The notes: generated from the sequence alone by a model not told the origin. Positions 9,974 through 19,849 are shown, counted from the first letter of the stretch. The stretch: DNA of 64,000 bases from a virus (IMGVR_UViG_3300038345_000076:1-64000); one strand, 5' to 3'. Program-made: numbers and translations.

Positions 9974-10041
9974 ACCAAGTTAGTAAAAACAAAGGTGCGG
10001 ACTCCCACGGTTTGAACAACCGTAGAACACATTTGGCGATG

Positions 10042-10049
10042 CAAATATA
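10042..10049 (-). promoter_or_regulatory. -7 element of the leftward (repressor) promoter
   Basis: TATATTTG(C) on the minus strand. Confidence 0.5.
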
Positions 10050-10117
10050 CGATAAAATCGTGAGAGTGCCAAACCTTTTAAGAGATTATTTAGTATAAAC
10101 AAGTAAATTAACGTAGA

Positions 10118-10354
10118 ATGGTTGCAGACAAAATTTCGACGAATGACATTCAGGGCATCGGTAAAGGCGGGATGCTTGAGGTGACTCTTCCAGACTACAA
10201 GGCTTGTATGTCGGCTAAGAATCTTGTGACGTACACGAAGAACATGTACCCGCGAGAGGACGGCATGACTTACACCTGTAGTATCAACCGCGATACGCAC
10301 ACCATTACTATTAAGGTGGTGAAGCCGGAAGATGTGAACAGGAAACAATCGTAA
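10118..10354 (+). CDS. Small protein in the Cro position
   Basis: First gene of the rightward operon. Confidence 0.6.
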   Translation: MVADKISTNDIQGIGKGGMLEVTLPDYKACMSAKNLVTYTKNMYPREDGMTYTCSINRDTHTITIKVVKPEDVNRKQS

Positions 10355-10370
10355 AAATAGAGGGATTGCT

Positions 10371-11213
10371 ATGGAACAAAGTGTGATTGAGTTTGGCGAT
10401 AGCTGTAAGGTGAACGAGGTGCAGATTTTCAATAATCCGCAGTTCGGTGAAATTAGGGTACTTGGTACTCCTAATGCCCCCCTATTCTGTGCAATGGACT
10501 TATGTAAGGCACTTGGTTATTCAAATGGACGTGATGCTGTTGCTAAACACGTTGATGATGATGATGTCGCAAAATGCGACGCCACCGATTCTATGGGTAG
10601 AAAACAGCAACTTACATACGTAACAGAGTCAGGAATGTACTCTTTAGTTATCGGAAGCAAACTAAAAACTGCCAAACAATTTAAAAAGTGGGTTACGAGT
10701 GAAGTATTGCCCAGCATCCGCAAGACTGGCTCCTATTCTATTCAGAACCTTTCTCGCAAGGAATTGGCATTGATGGTGATTCAGGCAGAGGAAGAGAACG
10801 AGCGTCTGGCACTGGAGAACAAGCAGCAGGCAGAGGTTATTGTAGAGCAGAAGCCGAAGGTCGTGTTTGCAGAAGCTATCGTTGGCAGTCAGTCAAGTTG
10901 TCTGATAGGTGAACTGGCGAAGATTATCACTCAGAACGGTCATAAGATTGGTCAGAACCGCTTGTTTGAGTGGCTGAGGAAGAATCACTATCTTGGTACG
11001 AAAGGAGAATACTACAACATACCTAACCAGGAGTATATTGAGCGTGGTCTGTTTGAGATTAAGAAGACCTCTCACTCTGAGAATGGTGTGATGAAGACCA
11101 CTTCGACACCAAAAGTTACAGGTAAGGGGCAGCAGTATTTCGTGAACCTGTTCCTAAATGGTGACAACGACCTGTTTGAAAGAGAAATCGTATTACCTAA
11201 TAAGGAGGGCTGA
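10371..11213 (+). CDS. Phage antirepressor (Bro-N + KilAC/ANT)
   Basis: FNNPQFGEIR, FKKWVTSEVLPSIRKTGSY, KPKVVFAEA, IGQNRLFEWLR, VTGKGQQYF. Confidence 0.92.
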   Translation: MEQSVIEFGDSCKVNEVQIFNNPQFGEIRVLGTPNAPLFCAMDLCKALGYSNGRDAVAKHVDDDDVAKCDATDSMGRKQQLTYVTESGMYSLVIGSKLKTAKQFKKWVTSEVLPSIRKTGSYSIQNLSRKELALMVIQAEEENERLALENKQQAEVIVEQKPKVVFAEAIVGSQSSCLIGELAKIITQNGHKIGQNRLFEWLRKNHYLGTKGEYYNIPNQEYIERGLFEIKKTSHSENGVMKTTSTPKVTGKGQQYFVNLFLNGDNDLFEREIVLPNKEG

Positions 11214-11216
11214 ATT

Positions 11217-11555
11217 ATGATGTCGGACGTAGAACTGAGGAAACTGGCTCACTACATTGTAGTGGAAGCGCGTGAAGATGATGATCTTCTTTCCAAGATC
11301 GCCAAGATGTTGCAGAAGCAGTCTGTAAAGCAGGATCGCCGCAATGTCAATGCCAAGGTAGCCAGTGATATGCTTGGTATATCGGTTAGGCAACTACGCC
11401 GCATCAAGGAAAATTTCTCCTATGTGAAGACAGGAACGTCGAAGCAGTCAGGCATTATGTTCAACGCCAACACACTGCAACAGGAATACGACGCTTACAT
11501 AGCGTTGAAGCAGAAGACGTTTCAACTTAAACCGCTGAAGGCGGCTAATGGCTGA
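11217..11555 (+). CDS. HTH DNA-binding protein (excisionase-like)
   Basis: NAKVASDMLGISVRQLRR. Confidence 0.6.
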   Translation: MMSDVELRKLAHYIVVEAREDDDLLSKIAKMLQKQSVKQDRRNVNAKVASDMLGISVRQLRRIKENFSYVKTGTSKQSGIMFNANTLQQEYDAYIALKQKTFQLKPLKAANG

Positions 11556-11930
11556 GAATAAAACAATTAAAATCTATAAAGAGATATAGATATATAGCCA
11601 TTACCGTAAATGTCGATACGGTGGCTTACTTACGAGAATGCCCTATTGTTCGAGTAGCAATCAAGAAAACGGGGCAATTTGAGGAATGAGCGACACATAT
11701 CCTCTCATGCGGAAGAAACGCATGGTGCGGCAACTGCATAGGACGAAAAGTGAAGGCATGACCGATGAACTGAAGGTAGTCAAAGTTGTTGGCGGGAGAA
11801 AGCCGCCTATACTGAAAGGGTTAGTACGTAAGGAACGCTCCATGAAGAAAAGTTGAAGGCTAAATACGAATTTTAGCCGTGAGGTATGTCCTCTATGAAA
11901 AGAAATAGGTAACGCTATTCGCGGCAAATC

Positions 11931-12003
11931 CAGTCCATAGCTCAGTTGGTAGAGCACCACACTTTTAATGTGGGGGTCGAGGGTTCGAGCCCCTCTGGAC
12001 TGA
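11931..12003 (+). tRNA. tRNA-Lys(TTT)
   Basis: Acceptor CAGTCCA/TGGACTG, D-arm GCTCAGTTGGTAGAGC, anticodon arm CCACA-CTTTTAA-TGTGG, GGTTCGAGCC. Confidence 0.92.
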
Positions 12004-12115
12004 CACAGATTTGGTAAAACATTATTTTAATGGCTTGTGAAAGACGTAGAGACTGAAAATTAGCAAAGTAAAGCTCATAGCCACCCCCTTGTGAAAGTCG
12101 ATGGCTTTTTTTAAA

Positions 12116-12200
12116 GGAGAGTTGGCTGAGTGACCGAAAGCACTGCACCGCTAACGCAGCATACGGAAACGTATCGGGGGTTTGAATCCCTCACTCTCAG
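12116..12200 (+). tRNA. tRNA-Ser(GCT), atypical
   Basis: GGAGAGT/ACTCTCA acceptor, long variable arm ATACG-GAAA-CGTAT, loop CCGCTAA, GGGGGTTTGAATCCCTC. Confidence 0.8.
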
Positions 12201-12609
12201 CAAAATCCTTTCGTATTGCATATCAGGCAGGTCGTTTCGTATGTCGATTAAAAGTTCTGTCTTACATTAACCTCAGATCCTTGTCAATACAGCATAAGAT
12301 GGCGAGACTGCGTTTAGAACAGAATGATAGAGGGTGGTAGCGCACTCCCGCGACCTGATTTTCTTTGGAGAAATTCTTTTCTTGGCGCATAAGTATAGGA
12401 TGTGTTTAAGCCCCGTGGCAATACGGTCACGGGGCATTTGGGAAAGAAAAATCGCATACGAACATAATTGATTGAATTTAACCACAGAACCGCTTGCCTG
12501 TGAAGGTAGGCGGTTTCTATTTTTTGATTTGTTTTAGTAGATTAGTTTTAAGTTGTTTGCGCCTCCTTGCTTTCGGGTGATGGGGCTTTTTCTTTCTTTG
12601 CGGAGAAGC

Positions 12610-12801
12610 ATGAGTTGGAATGAGAAATCACAGGAGATATCCGAAAGTGTTCTGGAGAAAATGGAGAATGGAGTGCTAAACTCCTATACCCGCGACGATG
12701 TGCTGAACGGGCTGAAAGAAGCGGCTATGCAGGGCATGGCTTACGAGTGCGATATTGCAGTGATGCCGTTGCTGAATAAGATGAATAAAGACAAAGAATA
12801 A
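12610..12801 (+). CDS. Hypothetical protein
   Basis: MSWNEKSQ... ORF. Confidence 0.5.
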   Translation: MSWNEKSQEISESVLEKMENGVLNSYTRDDVLNGLKEAAMQGMAYECDIAVMPLLNKMNKDKE

Positions 12802-12816
12802 ATATATATATAAGGT

Positions 12817-13362
12817 ATGGAGAAAACATATATTGGTATTGACCCAGGGCAGGTAGGTTTTATTTCTGTCATTTTCCCAAATGGAAAGTTTGAGTTCTAT
12901 TCGATAGACGAGAATGACGATTTAGACCTCCATCGTATTTTGAAGAGTGTTAAGGAACGGTCTTGGCAGGTTACTGCCGTAATGGAAGACGTACACGCTA
13001 TCTTTGGTGCTTCAGCAGGAAGCACTTTTGCTTTCGGTGAAATCAAAGGCATACTGAAAGGCTTTCTTATTTCCGAAGAGATAACCTATACTCTTGTAGC
13101 ACCCAAAGACTGGCAGAAAGAGATATGGATTCATCAAGACGAAATCTACATAACCAAGCAGCGCACTTTCACTGACAAGGTAAGTGGAGAAAAGTCTGTA
13201 AAGTCCTACAAAGCCGTCGATCCGAAGCCGACATCAATCAATGCTGCAAGGCGAATATTCCCCAATATAGACCTACGCAAGAATGAACGATGCAGGAAGA
13301 TTGACGATAACAAGGTTGACAGTCTGCTGATGGCAGAATACGCCCGTAGAAAAAATCTTTGA
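12817..13362 (+). CDS. RuvC-like Holliday junction resolvase
   Basis: YIGIDPG, MEDVH, STFAFG, DNKVDSLLMAEY. Confidence 0.85.
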   Translation: MEKTYIGIDPGQVGFISVIFPNGKFEFYSIDENDDLDLHRILKSVKERSWQVTAVMEDVHAIFGASAGSTFAFGEIKGILKGFLISEEITYTLVAPKDWQKEIWIHQDEIYITKQRTFTDKVSGEKSVKSYKAVDPKPTSINAARRIFPNIDLRKNERCRKIDDNKVDSLLMAEYARRKNL

Positions 13363-13462
13363 AACCTTTTTTGGACTACATAAGCTAATATTTAGATGTT
13401 ACAATGTATTTTGTGACGGATGTCGGATTGGTCGGGAGATTAGTCCGACATTTTTATTTTTT

Positions 13463-13666
13463 ATGGATTCAGAGTTGTTTAAGATATTGAAATCATTGCG
13501 TGATAATCGCAGGAACAGGCATATCTTTCCAGAGTTCATCCCGTTCAGTGAAATTCCGAAACGTGACGGCTTACGCGGTTTGTTGAATGAGGCATACAAA
13601 GAAGGGTATATCAAGGTTCACAGGGGAATAAACCAGAACTTGATAGAACTTGTAAAAGAAGAATAA
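13463..13666 (+). CDS. Hypothetical protein
   Basis: 67-aa ORF. Confidence 0.5.
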   Translation: MDSELFKILKSLRDNRRNRHIFPEFIPFSEIPKRDGLRGLLNEAYKEGYIKVHRGINQNLIELVKEE

Positions 13667-13686
13667 TCACCTAATTAATATATAAG

Positions 13687-14664
13687 ATGGAGAATTTTGT
13701 AGCAGAACCGATTATCGTTGGTCTTGACAACGAAATCTATCATCGTGGCGAGGGCTATGACCAATATCTTTCCTCGACACAGATTAAGGATTACTTGGTA
13801 TCTCCGAAATACGCCAAGTACAAACACGACCATCCAGAGGAATTTGTCATTTCGGACGATGCGCTGGAGTTTGGCAGTATGTATCATGCTTACATGGAAA
13901 GCCTGTTGAAGCATGGTGATTCGTCGGAGTTCGACAAGCAGTATCGGGTGTTTGATGCTCCTGTCAACGAACGGACTGGCAAGCCATACGGACGTGACAC
14001 GGCAAAGTATATTGCCGCACTTGAAGCCGTCAAGCAGGAACACCCCGATTGGGAGTTTGTATCGGAAGAGCGAGTTGCCCTTGTCAAGGTGATGGTTGGT
14101 GAACTTCTGAATAACTGTGGCGAGACATCGAAACAGGTAAAGACCATTCTCAAACAAGGTCAGTCAGAGGTCAGTCACTTTGTCGAGTACGAGGGGTGCA
14201 AGTTCAAGTTTCGACCAGACGTGGAGACTAAGCGTAAGATTGTTGACTGGAAGACCGTTAGCCTTGAAAGTCTGCATCCAGGAGCGATTGCAAAGACTAT
14301 CACGAAGTTCGGCTACGGCATATCAGCCGCTTTCTACCAGTTCTTCGAGCATGAGCAGAGTGGTGTGTGGAAAGACTTCTATTGGGTGTTCCAACAGAAG
14401 ACACCGCCATACGATGCCGTGATGGTGAGTGCCGCACAATGGGCATACTCCTACAACAAGGAATACGATGTGGTGAGCATGGGACCGAGTGCCTTGCTCT
14501 TCAAGAAACTTCTTGATCAGTATATCGAGTGTCAGAAGACGGGCATCTATCAAGGTGCTGAGATTTTCATTGAGCCTGGCTTCAGGGGTCACAGAATTAT
14601 GGAAGTTGACGCTCCTATTTCAAGCAACGAGTTTAGGTTTTACAATTCAAGTAATAAGGAATAA
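13687..14664 (+). CDS. RecE/ExoVIII-like PD-(D/E)XK exonuclease (DUF3799-like)
   Basis: YH...LSSTQIK, FGSMYH, KFRPD...IVDWKT, YGISAAFY; lies upstream of recT. Confidence 0.85.
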   Translation: MENFVAEPIIVGLDNEIYHRGEGYDQYLSSTQIKDYLVSPKYAKYKHDHPEEFVISDDALEFGSMYHAYMESLLKHGDSSEFDKQYRVFDAPVNERTGKPYGRDTAKYIAALEAVKQEHPDWEFVSEERVALVKVMVGELLNNCGETSKQVKTILKQGQSEVSHFVEYEGCKFKFRPDVETKRKIVDWKTVSLESLHPGAIAKTITKFGYGISAAFYQFFEHEQSGVWKDFYWVFQQKTPPYDAVMVSAAQWAYSYNKEYDVVSMGPSALLFKKLLDQYIECQKTGIYQGAEIFIEPGFRGHRIMEVDAPISSNEFRFYNSSNKE

Positions 14665-14669
14665 CGATT

Positions 14670-15611
14670 ATGGCAGAACAGAAGAAAAACGAAGCCCAGC
14701 AGCAGGACGCATTTGAGAACAATGCTGGCACACAACAACCTGCTGGAGAAGCAGCAGGCACGACGGCACAACCGCAGCCAGAGCCACAGGCGCAGAACGC
14801 GCAAGCACCGCAACCGCAGAAAGACGAAGATGGTCTTGTGAAGATTTCGCAAGGTCTTCCACCTCAGTTGAAGCCTTTGCAGAACTGCTTCACAGCACCT
14901 TACAAGACTTTCCTCCAGAACGGCAAGACTATTCAGGACTTGCAGCGTGAGTGTAACTTTGCGGCGCAAGCCATGTTGAACAACCCCTATCTGATTACTT
15001 GCGCACAGCAGTACCCAGACCATTTCGTGAATGCATTGAAGAATGTGGTGCTGACTGGCATGACGCTGAATCCTACCTTGAAACTCGCGTACCTTGTGCC
15101 TTACAAGGGTAAGGTTGAACTCCAAGCCTCTTATATGGGTAAGAAGAGTTTCGGCGTGAATACAGGTCTGGTTCTTGACATGGAAGCCTACCTTGTCTAT
15201 AAGGGTGAGTCGTTTGAGATTGAGCAGGGCAGTAACGCCCATATCACTCACAAGCCAAACCCTTGGGGATCGAAGAAGAAGGAGGACATTCTCGGTGGCT
15301 ACTACCTGATTAAGTACCCGAACGGCACACAGCAGTTCGATACCATGTCTATCGACGAGATAGAGGGTATTCGCAAGCGCAGCCCGTCAGTCGGTAAGGG
15401 CAAGCAAAGCCCCTGGGACACTGACTACACGGAAATGTGCAAGAAGACGCTGATCAACCGTGCCTACAAGCAGATACCGAAGCAGGGTATGTCTGAGAAA
15501 GCGGCAAAGGCACTGGAAATTCTCAACCGTGTTGACGATATGGCTGCAAAGGATATTAACTACGGTCAGAATCCTAAGATTGACGATTTCGACGAGGCAG
15601 AAGAGGTATAA
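14670..15611 (+). CDS. recT: RecT family recombinase
   Basis: GMTLNP..KLAYLVPYK, SPWDTDYTEMCKKTLI. Confidence 0.9.
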   Translation: MAEQKKNEAQQQDAFENNAGTQQPAGEAAGTTAQPQPEPQAQNAQAPQPQKDEDGLVKISQGLPPQLKPLQNCFTAPYKTFLQNGKTIQDLQRECNFAAQAMLNNPYLITCAQQYPDHFVNALKNVVLTGMTLNPTLKLAYLVPYKGKVELQASYMGKKSFGVNTGLVLDMEAYLVYKGESFEIEQGSNAHITHKPNPWGSKKKEDILGGYYLIKYPNGTQQFDTMSIDEIEGIRKRSPSVGKGKQSPWDTDYTEMCKKTLINRAYKQIPKQGMSEKAAKALEILNRVDDMAAKDINYGQNPKIDDFDEAEEV

Positions 15612-15614
15612 GGT

Positions 15615-15995
15615 ATGGAGATACAAGGTAAACTTATAGCGGCAATGCCTACACAGTCAGGCGTGTCGCAAAGAAGTGGCAATCCTTGGATGTCACGGGA
15701 GTACGTTATTGAGATTCCTGGTCAATATCCGAAGAAGATGTGCTTCAAGATATTCGGTGAAGACCGACTGAAACAGTTCAATCTCCGTAAAGACGAGACC
15801 GTTATCGTTCAGTTCGACATTGACGCGCATGAGTACAACGGTCGTTGGTTCAACGAGATTCAGGCATACAACATTCTGAGACCGCAACAGCAAGCACCTG
15901 CTCCAGCACCACAGCAAACACCCGCGCAAAATCTATTCCCGCCCGCTCAGCAGGATAATGGTGGTGGTAGTGCAGACGATCTCCCTTTTGATTAA
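15615..15995 (+). CDS. DUF3127 single-stranded DNA-binding protein
   Basis: MEIQGKLI...QYPKK...REY/NGRWFN, acidic DDLPF tail. Confidence 0.85.
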   Translation: MEIQGKLIAAMPTQSGVSQRSGNPWMSREYVIEIPGQYPKKMCFKIFGEDRLKQFNLRKDETVIVQFDIDAHEYNGRWFNEIQAYNILRPQQQAPAPAPQQTPAQNLFPPAQQDNGGGSADDLPFD

Positions 15996-16028
15996 GGGGC
16001 TTGTGGGAGCAATATCCCGCAAGCCCCT
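15995..16028 (+). terminator. Intrinsic terminator-like hairpin
   Basis: AGGGGCTTGTGGGA...TCCCGCAAGCCCCT. Confidence 0.55.
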
Positions 16029-16099
16029 ATTTCTCTTTTGGCTTCTGCCACTGAGCCGTATGATTGACCTCATGCGGCTCAACTTATTCTGATGAACGA

Positions 16100-16303
16100 A
16101 TGAACAGACTTGAAGAAAGAAAGATATTGTCGGCATACTACGCCAACACACCGAACAAGGAATTGGCGCAGATGCTTGGTATATCGTTATCGCTGGTTGG
16201 AAAGCGTGCTTTCCTGTTGGGGCTGAAGAAAGACCCGAAGTATTTGAGTGATACCAATCGAAAGTGTGCTCAGTTTAGAAGAAACGTGAAATGTAATGGA
16301 TAG
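16100..16303 (+). CDS. Small HTH protein
   Basis: NKELAQMLGISLSLVGKRAFLLGLKK. Confidence 0.55.
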   Translation: MNRLEERKILSAYYANTPNKELAQMLGISLSLVGKRAFLLGLKKDPKYLSDTNRKCAQFRRNVKCNG

Positions 16304-16309
16304 ATAGTT

Positions 16310-17155
16310 ATGGATATAACATTAACCAGCGCATTTCTTGAGCAATTCACTCCTACTGAGCAGTTGGTGATGATTCATTTACTACTCACAGCAGACGATT
16401 ACGGAACCGTTGAGTTCAGTGACAGGAAGGTTTCTAAATCCACTGGTGTACCATACCAACAGGTTCGTACTATTCATCAAAAATTATTGCGAGAAAGAAT
16501 TATAAGTAACGCACAATCTAACGCAGCCACTAACGCAAAACAACAATTTGTATCTTTTTGTAAATGTGATAGTTATAAAGGTTTCAAACGTAGGACTAAC
16601 GCACAATCTAACGCAGATGCTAACGCAATTGAGCAGTTTGAAAATATTTGGAATCTATATGGCAAGAAAGTTGGTCGTACAAAGGACTTGGTAAAGAAAT
16701 GGTGCAGTCTGACATCAGATGAAAGACATCAGATCTTTGAGTTTGTTCCTGCCTATGTTGCATTAACAGAAGAATCGTTTAGGAAACAATTCTCCACGTT
16801 CATTAATCAGAGGACGTGGGAGAACGAAAAAATATACACTCACAATATAGCCGTACCGTTTGGCAGTTTCAATCCGAAACTGGTTGAAGACCCTAATCTT
16901 TTTCCTCAGTTCGTGGAGCGTTTTAACATGAAAGTTCGTGGAAGCGGGATAACACCCGTCGATATGACTAACGGTTTAACAGAAAAAAGGCGTGTCCTGT
17001 TCAATATTGCCTATTGTCTGCATTTCCGTCAGATTAAGGGTGTGATAGAGAAAGCGATGAAGAATCCGCTTTTGAACGGTGGTACGGGGTTTTCGGCAGA
17101 TTTCGACTATATTTTTGAACCAAATAATTTTCTCAGGATTTCAGAAGGTAGATGA
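16310..17155 (+). CDS. Putative replication initiator
   Basis: N-terminal wHTH-like region, FENIWNLYGKKVG and STFINQRTWENE; internal iterons; lies upstream of dnaB. Confidence 0.7.
   Translation: MDITLTSAFLEQFTPTEQLVMIHLLLTADDYGTVEFSDRKVSKSTGVPYQQVRTIHQKLLRERIISNAQSNAATNAKQQFVSFCKCDSYKGFKRRTNAQSNADANAIEQFENIWNLYGKKVGRTKDLVKKWCSLTSDERHQIFEFVPAYVALTEESFRKQFSTFINQRTWENEKIYTHNIAVPFGSFNPKLVEDPNLFPQFVERFNMKVRGSGITPVDMTNGLTEKRRVLFNIAYCLHFRQIKGVIEKAMKNPLLNGGTGFSADFDYIFEPNNFLRISEGR
16507..16627 (+). repeat. Iteron-like repeats, candidate replication origin
   Basis: TAACGCA at 16507, 16519, 16531, 16597, 16609 and 16621 (12-bp period). Confidence 0.65.
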
Positions 17156-17158
17156 TTT

Positions 17159-18550
17159 ATGGCAGACAGAACCCCTTTGCACGATGATCAAGCCGAGGTT
17201 TACGTTGTAGGATCTTTGCTGTGCTATGAGGAATGTTATTTTTCTGTTGCAGACAGGTTAAAACCGTATCTGTTTTCAAACGCCAAACTTGCGAGGTTGG
17301 TGGAAGTTATTATAGCCTTGTATAATGAAGGTTCTAATGCGAACATTGTCACAGTTACAGAATATCTTTATGCGCATCCAGATCCAAACAATCCAGAAGT
17401 ATGGGAAGTTGCAGAATACTCGTCTAATGCTATTTTATCTGCTTTTGAGGACAGTTTCAATGTAGTAGAATCGCTTTATATTCGCCGTCGTTATTTTTCT
17501 CTTGGGTCAAAGTTGATGGAGTTTGGTACGAATCCGACAACGACATTAGAGGAAGTACAAAGGGAGATAACTGGTGTATTGGAAGAAGGTGCCGAGAAAA
17601 AGAAACGAGTAAAATCCCTGCGTGATGCAAACAAGGAACTGAAGGAGCGTGTCGAGAAGAACTACAATGGCACATCTGACACGATGATACCTACAGGTTT
17701 TAAGGAGATAGATGAAAGGGGCGGTTTGCAGGTTGGCGACTTCGATGTTTTTGCTGCAGAATCATCAATGGGTAAGACCTCACTGCTTACCTGCATCATG
17801 GTCAATGCCGCAAGTGTCGGTATTCCCTGTATGCTGTACTCGATGGAAATGATGTCACCACAACTTGCGGCGAGAATCGTTTCCCCGAAAGCAAAAATCA
17901 GTTCAGGTATTATTCAGTACAAACGTCTTGATGACTGGCAAATGAATGAATTGTCACAGGCATTGAAACTGACAGATGGTTTGCCAATCTATTTTGACGA
18001 TGAATCTACCATATCAGCAGACAGTATCATCAGCAGTATCAGGCGTAACGTGAAACGTCTTGGTGTGAAACTTGTAGGAATAGACTATTTGCAGATCCTT
18101 GCTTCAACAGGGAACATTAAAAACCAAGAGCAGTTCCTTGGCTCAATAGCCAGGAAACTGAAAAACCTTGCCAAAGAGTTGCAGATATGTATTGTTGCTC
18201 TGTCACAACTTGCCCGTAATATCACAGAACCGAAGCCGACACTTGGACGTGTAAGGGCATCTGGGCAGATTGTAGAGGCTGCTGACGATGTTTTTATGGT
18301 ATGGAGGCCGTCTGTGTACGGGAAAGGTTATGACGATTACATTTCTGTTCCAACCGAAAACACAGCAGAACTTATAATTGGTAAAGGTAGAAATATCGGC
18401 ACATTTACCTGTATCGTTGGATTCGACATGTCAACGACCTATTTCTACAATTACGAAGGAGAAGTCAGGAAGGCTGGTGAGATACATATAGAGAGTAAAA
18501 AGAATAACAAACAAGAACAGGAACCAGAACAAGGTGAATTGCCGTTCTGA
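17159..18550 (+). CDS. dnaB: Replicative DNA helicase (DnaB family)
   Basis: AAESSMGKTS, YSMEM, IDYLQI, ALSQLAR, ASGQIVEAAD, KGRN. Confidence 0.93.
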   Translation: MADRTPLHDDQAEVYVVGSLLCYEECYFSVADRLKPYLFSNAKLARLVEVIIALYNEGSNANIVTVTEYLYAHPDPNNPEVWEVAEYSSNAILSAFEDSFNVVESLYIRRRYFSLGSKLMEFGTNPTTTLEEVQREITGVLEEGAEKKKRVKSLRDANKELKERVEKNYNGTSDTMIPTGFKEIDERGGLQVGDFDVFAAESSMGKTSLLTCIMVNAASVGIPCMLYSMEMMSPQLAARIVSPKAKISSGIIQYKRLDDWQMNELSQALKLTDGLPIYFDDESTISADSIISSIRRNVKRLGVKLVGIDYLQILASTGNIKNQEQFLGSIARKLKNLAKELQICIVALSQLARNITEPKPTLGRVRASGQIVEAADDVFMVWRPSVYGKGYDDYISVPTENTAELIIGKGRNIGTFTCIVGFDMSTTYFYNYEGEVRKAGEIHIESKKNNKQEQEPEQGELPF

Positions 18551-18554
18551 AGTC

Positions 18555-18572
18555 ACATTACAGGAATAAAGT
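18555..18572 (+). repeat. Recombination site A1
   Basis: agtcACATTA-CAGGAA-TAAAGT; inverted partner is A2. Confidence 0.8.
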
Positions 18573-18576
18573 AGCG

Positions 18577-19593
18577 ATGGAAGTCAACAGAGTATATAAT
18601 GAAGACTGCCTTACTGGATTGAAGAAACTTCCAGACAACTGCATTGACTGCTGCGTGACATCGCCACCATATTACGCCCTGCGTGACTATGGCATGGATG
18701 AGCAAATAGGACTGGAGGAAACACCACAAGCGTACATCGACAGACTGACGGACGTGTTCATGAATGTGTACCGAGTGCTGAAACCTACGGGCACCTGCTG
18801 GCTCAACATTGGCGACAGTTACAATGGCAACAAGAAAGGCAACACCGAGACCAACAAGAACAAGCGAGTAGCCGAGAGCAACCATTTCGAGAAAAAGCTA
18901 TGGGACGGCGCAAAGCAAAAGGACTTAATCGGTATTCCCTGGATGTTGGCTTTCACGCTGCGAGCAAAAGGCTGGTATCTGCGACAGGACATCATTTGGC
19001 ACAAGCCTAACGCAATGCCAGAAAGCGTTACTGACAGGCTGACAAAGAGCCATGAGTATATTTTCCTTATGAGCAAAAGCAGCAAGTATTACTTCGACCA
19101 TGAGGCAATACAAGAAGTCGCCACGGGGTATGATGGAAGAAAAGACACCATGATGCACGGCTCTCCTAAGTATAACATTATTCCTGTAATGCCGCATGGA
19201 AAGCGTCAAGATCTTACAAAGAACGAGCATCAGCGGTGGCGTTTCAAGAACCTACAAGAAGATGGTCAGCAGCCAAACACCATGCACCTTCGCCGTGCTG
19301 AAGGACTTCCTGATAAGCAATACCCTATCAGGAACAAACGAGACGTGTGGTCTGTGAATACCAAACCAGACCATAACGCCCATTTCGCTGTCTATCCTGA
19401 AGAATTGATAAGACCTTGCATCCTTGCAGGTTGTCCGAAAGACGGTATCGTTCTTGATCCGTTCATGGGTAGTGGTACGACGGCGAGAGTAGCACGGCAA
19501 TATGGCAGGAACTTTATCGGCTACGAATTGAATCCAGAATACATCAAAATTATAGAGCGTAAAATTGTCGTTGAACAGGATATGTTTATCTGA
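18577..19593 (+). CDS. Beta-class amino-MTase (SPPY; N4-cytosine-like), currently ON
   Basis: CVTSPPYY near the N-terminus, LDPFMGSGTT near the C-terminus. Confidence 0.92.
   Translation: MEVNRVYNEDCLTGLKKLPDNCIDCCVTSPPYYALRDYGMDEQIGLEETPQAYIDRLTDVFMNVYRVLKPTGTCWLNIGDSYNGNKKGNTETNKNKRVAESNHFEKKLWDGAKQKDLIGIPWMLAFTLRAKGWYLRQDIIWHKPNAMPESVTDRLTKSHEYIFLMSKSSKYYFDHEAIQEVATGYDGRKDTMMHGSPKYNIIPVMPHGKRQDLTKNEHQRWRFKNLQEDGQQPNTMHLRRAEGLPDKQYPIRNKRDVWSVNTKPDHNAHFAVYPEELIRPCILAGCPKDGIVLDPFMGSGTTARVARQYGRNFIGYELNPEYIKIIERKIVVEQDMFI
19175..19192 (-). repeat. Recombination site A2 (intragenic)
   Basis: ACATTA-TTCCTG-TAATGC; shares CATTACAGGAATAA (14 bp) inverted with A1. Confidence 0.8.
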
Positions 19594-19594
19594 C

Positions 19595-19612
19595 ACATTA
19601 TCTTTGTAATGT
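19595..19612 (-). repeat. Recombination site B1
   Basis: ACATTA-TCTTTG-TAATGT. Confidence 0.88.
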
Positions 19613-19844
19613 CGCCCCAATTCTTTTCTGCACTATCAGGATGCAGCACTTTGTGGGCGATTACGGCAGGTTGCTTGTTGATGTCTGGGTTCGCATCTTC
19701 TTCTGGATCGAACTCAGCCCAACCTACCAACTCGTAATCGAAATCTGGATAAATCTCCCGTAACCTGTTGAGAGCCAATGCCTGTGAGCCATATCCGGCA
19801 CAAATCTCAAATAGCCTAAGTTTATTATTTCTATTGTACTTCAT
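19599..19844 (-). CDS. Inverted N-terminal 82 codons of a cytosine-C5 DNA methyltransferase (motifs I-III)
   Basis: LRLFEICAGYGSQ (motif I), ELVGWAEFD (II), NWGDITKI (III); antisense to the operon. Confidence 0.9.
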
Positions 19845-19849
19845 AAGTC

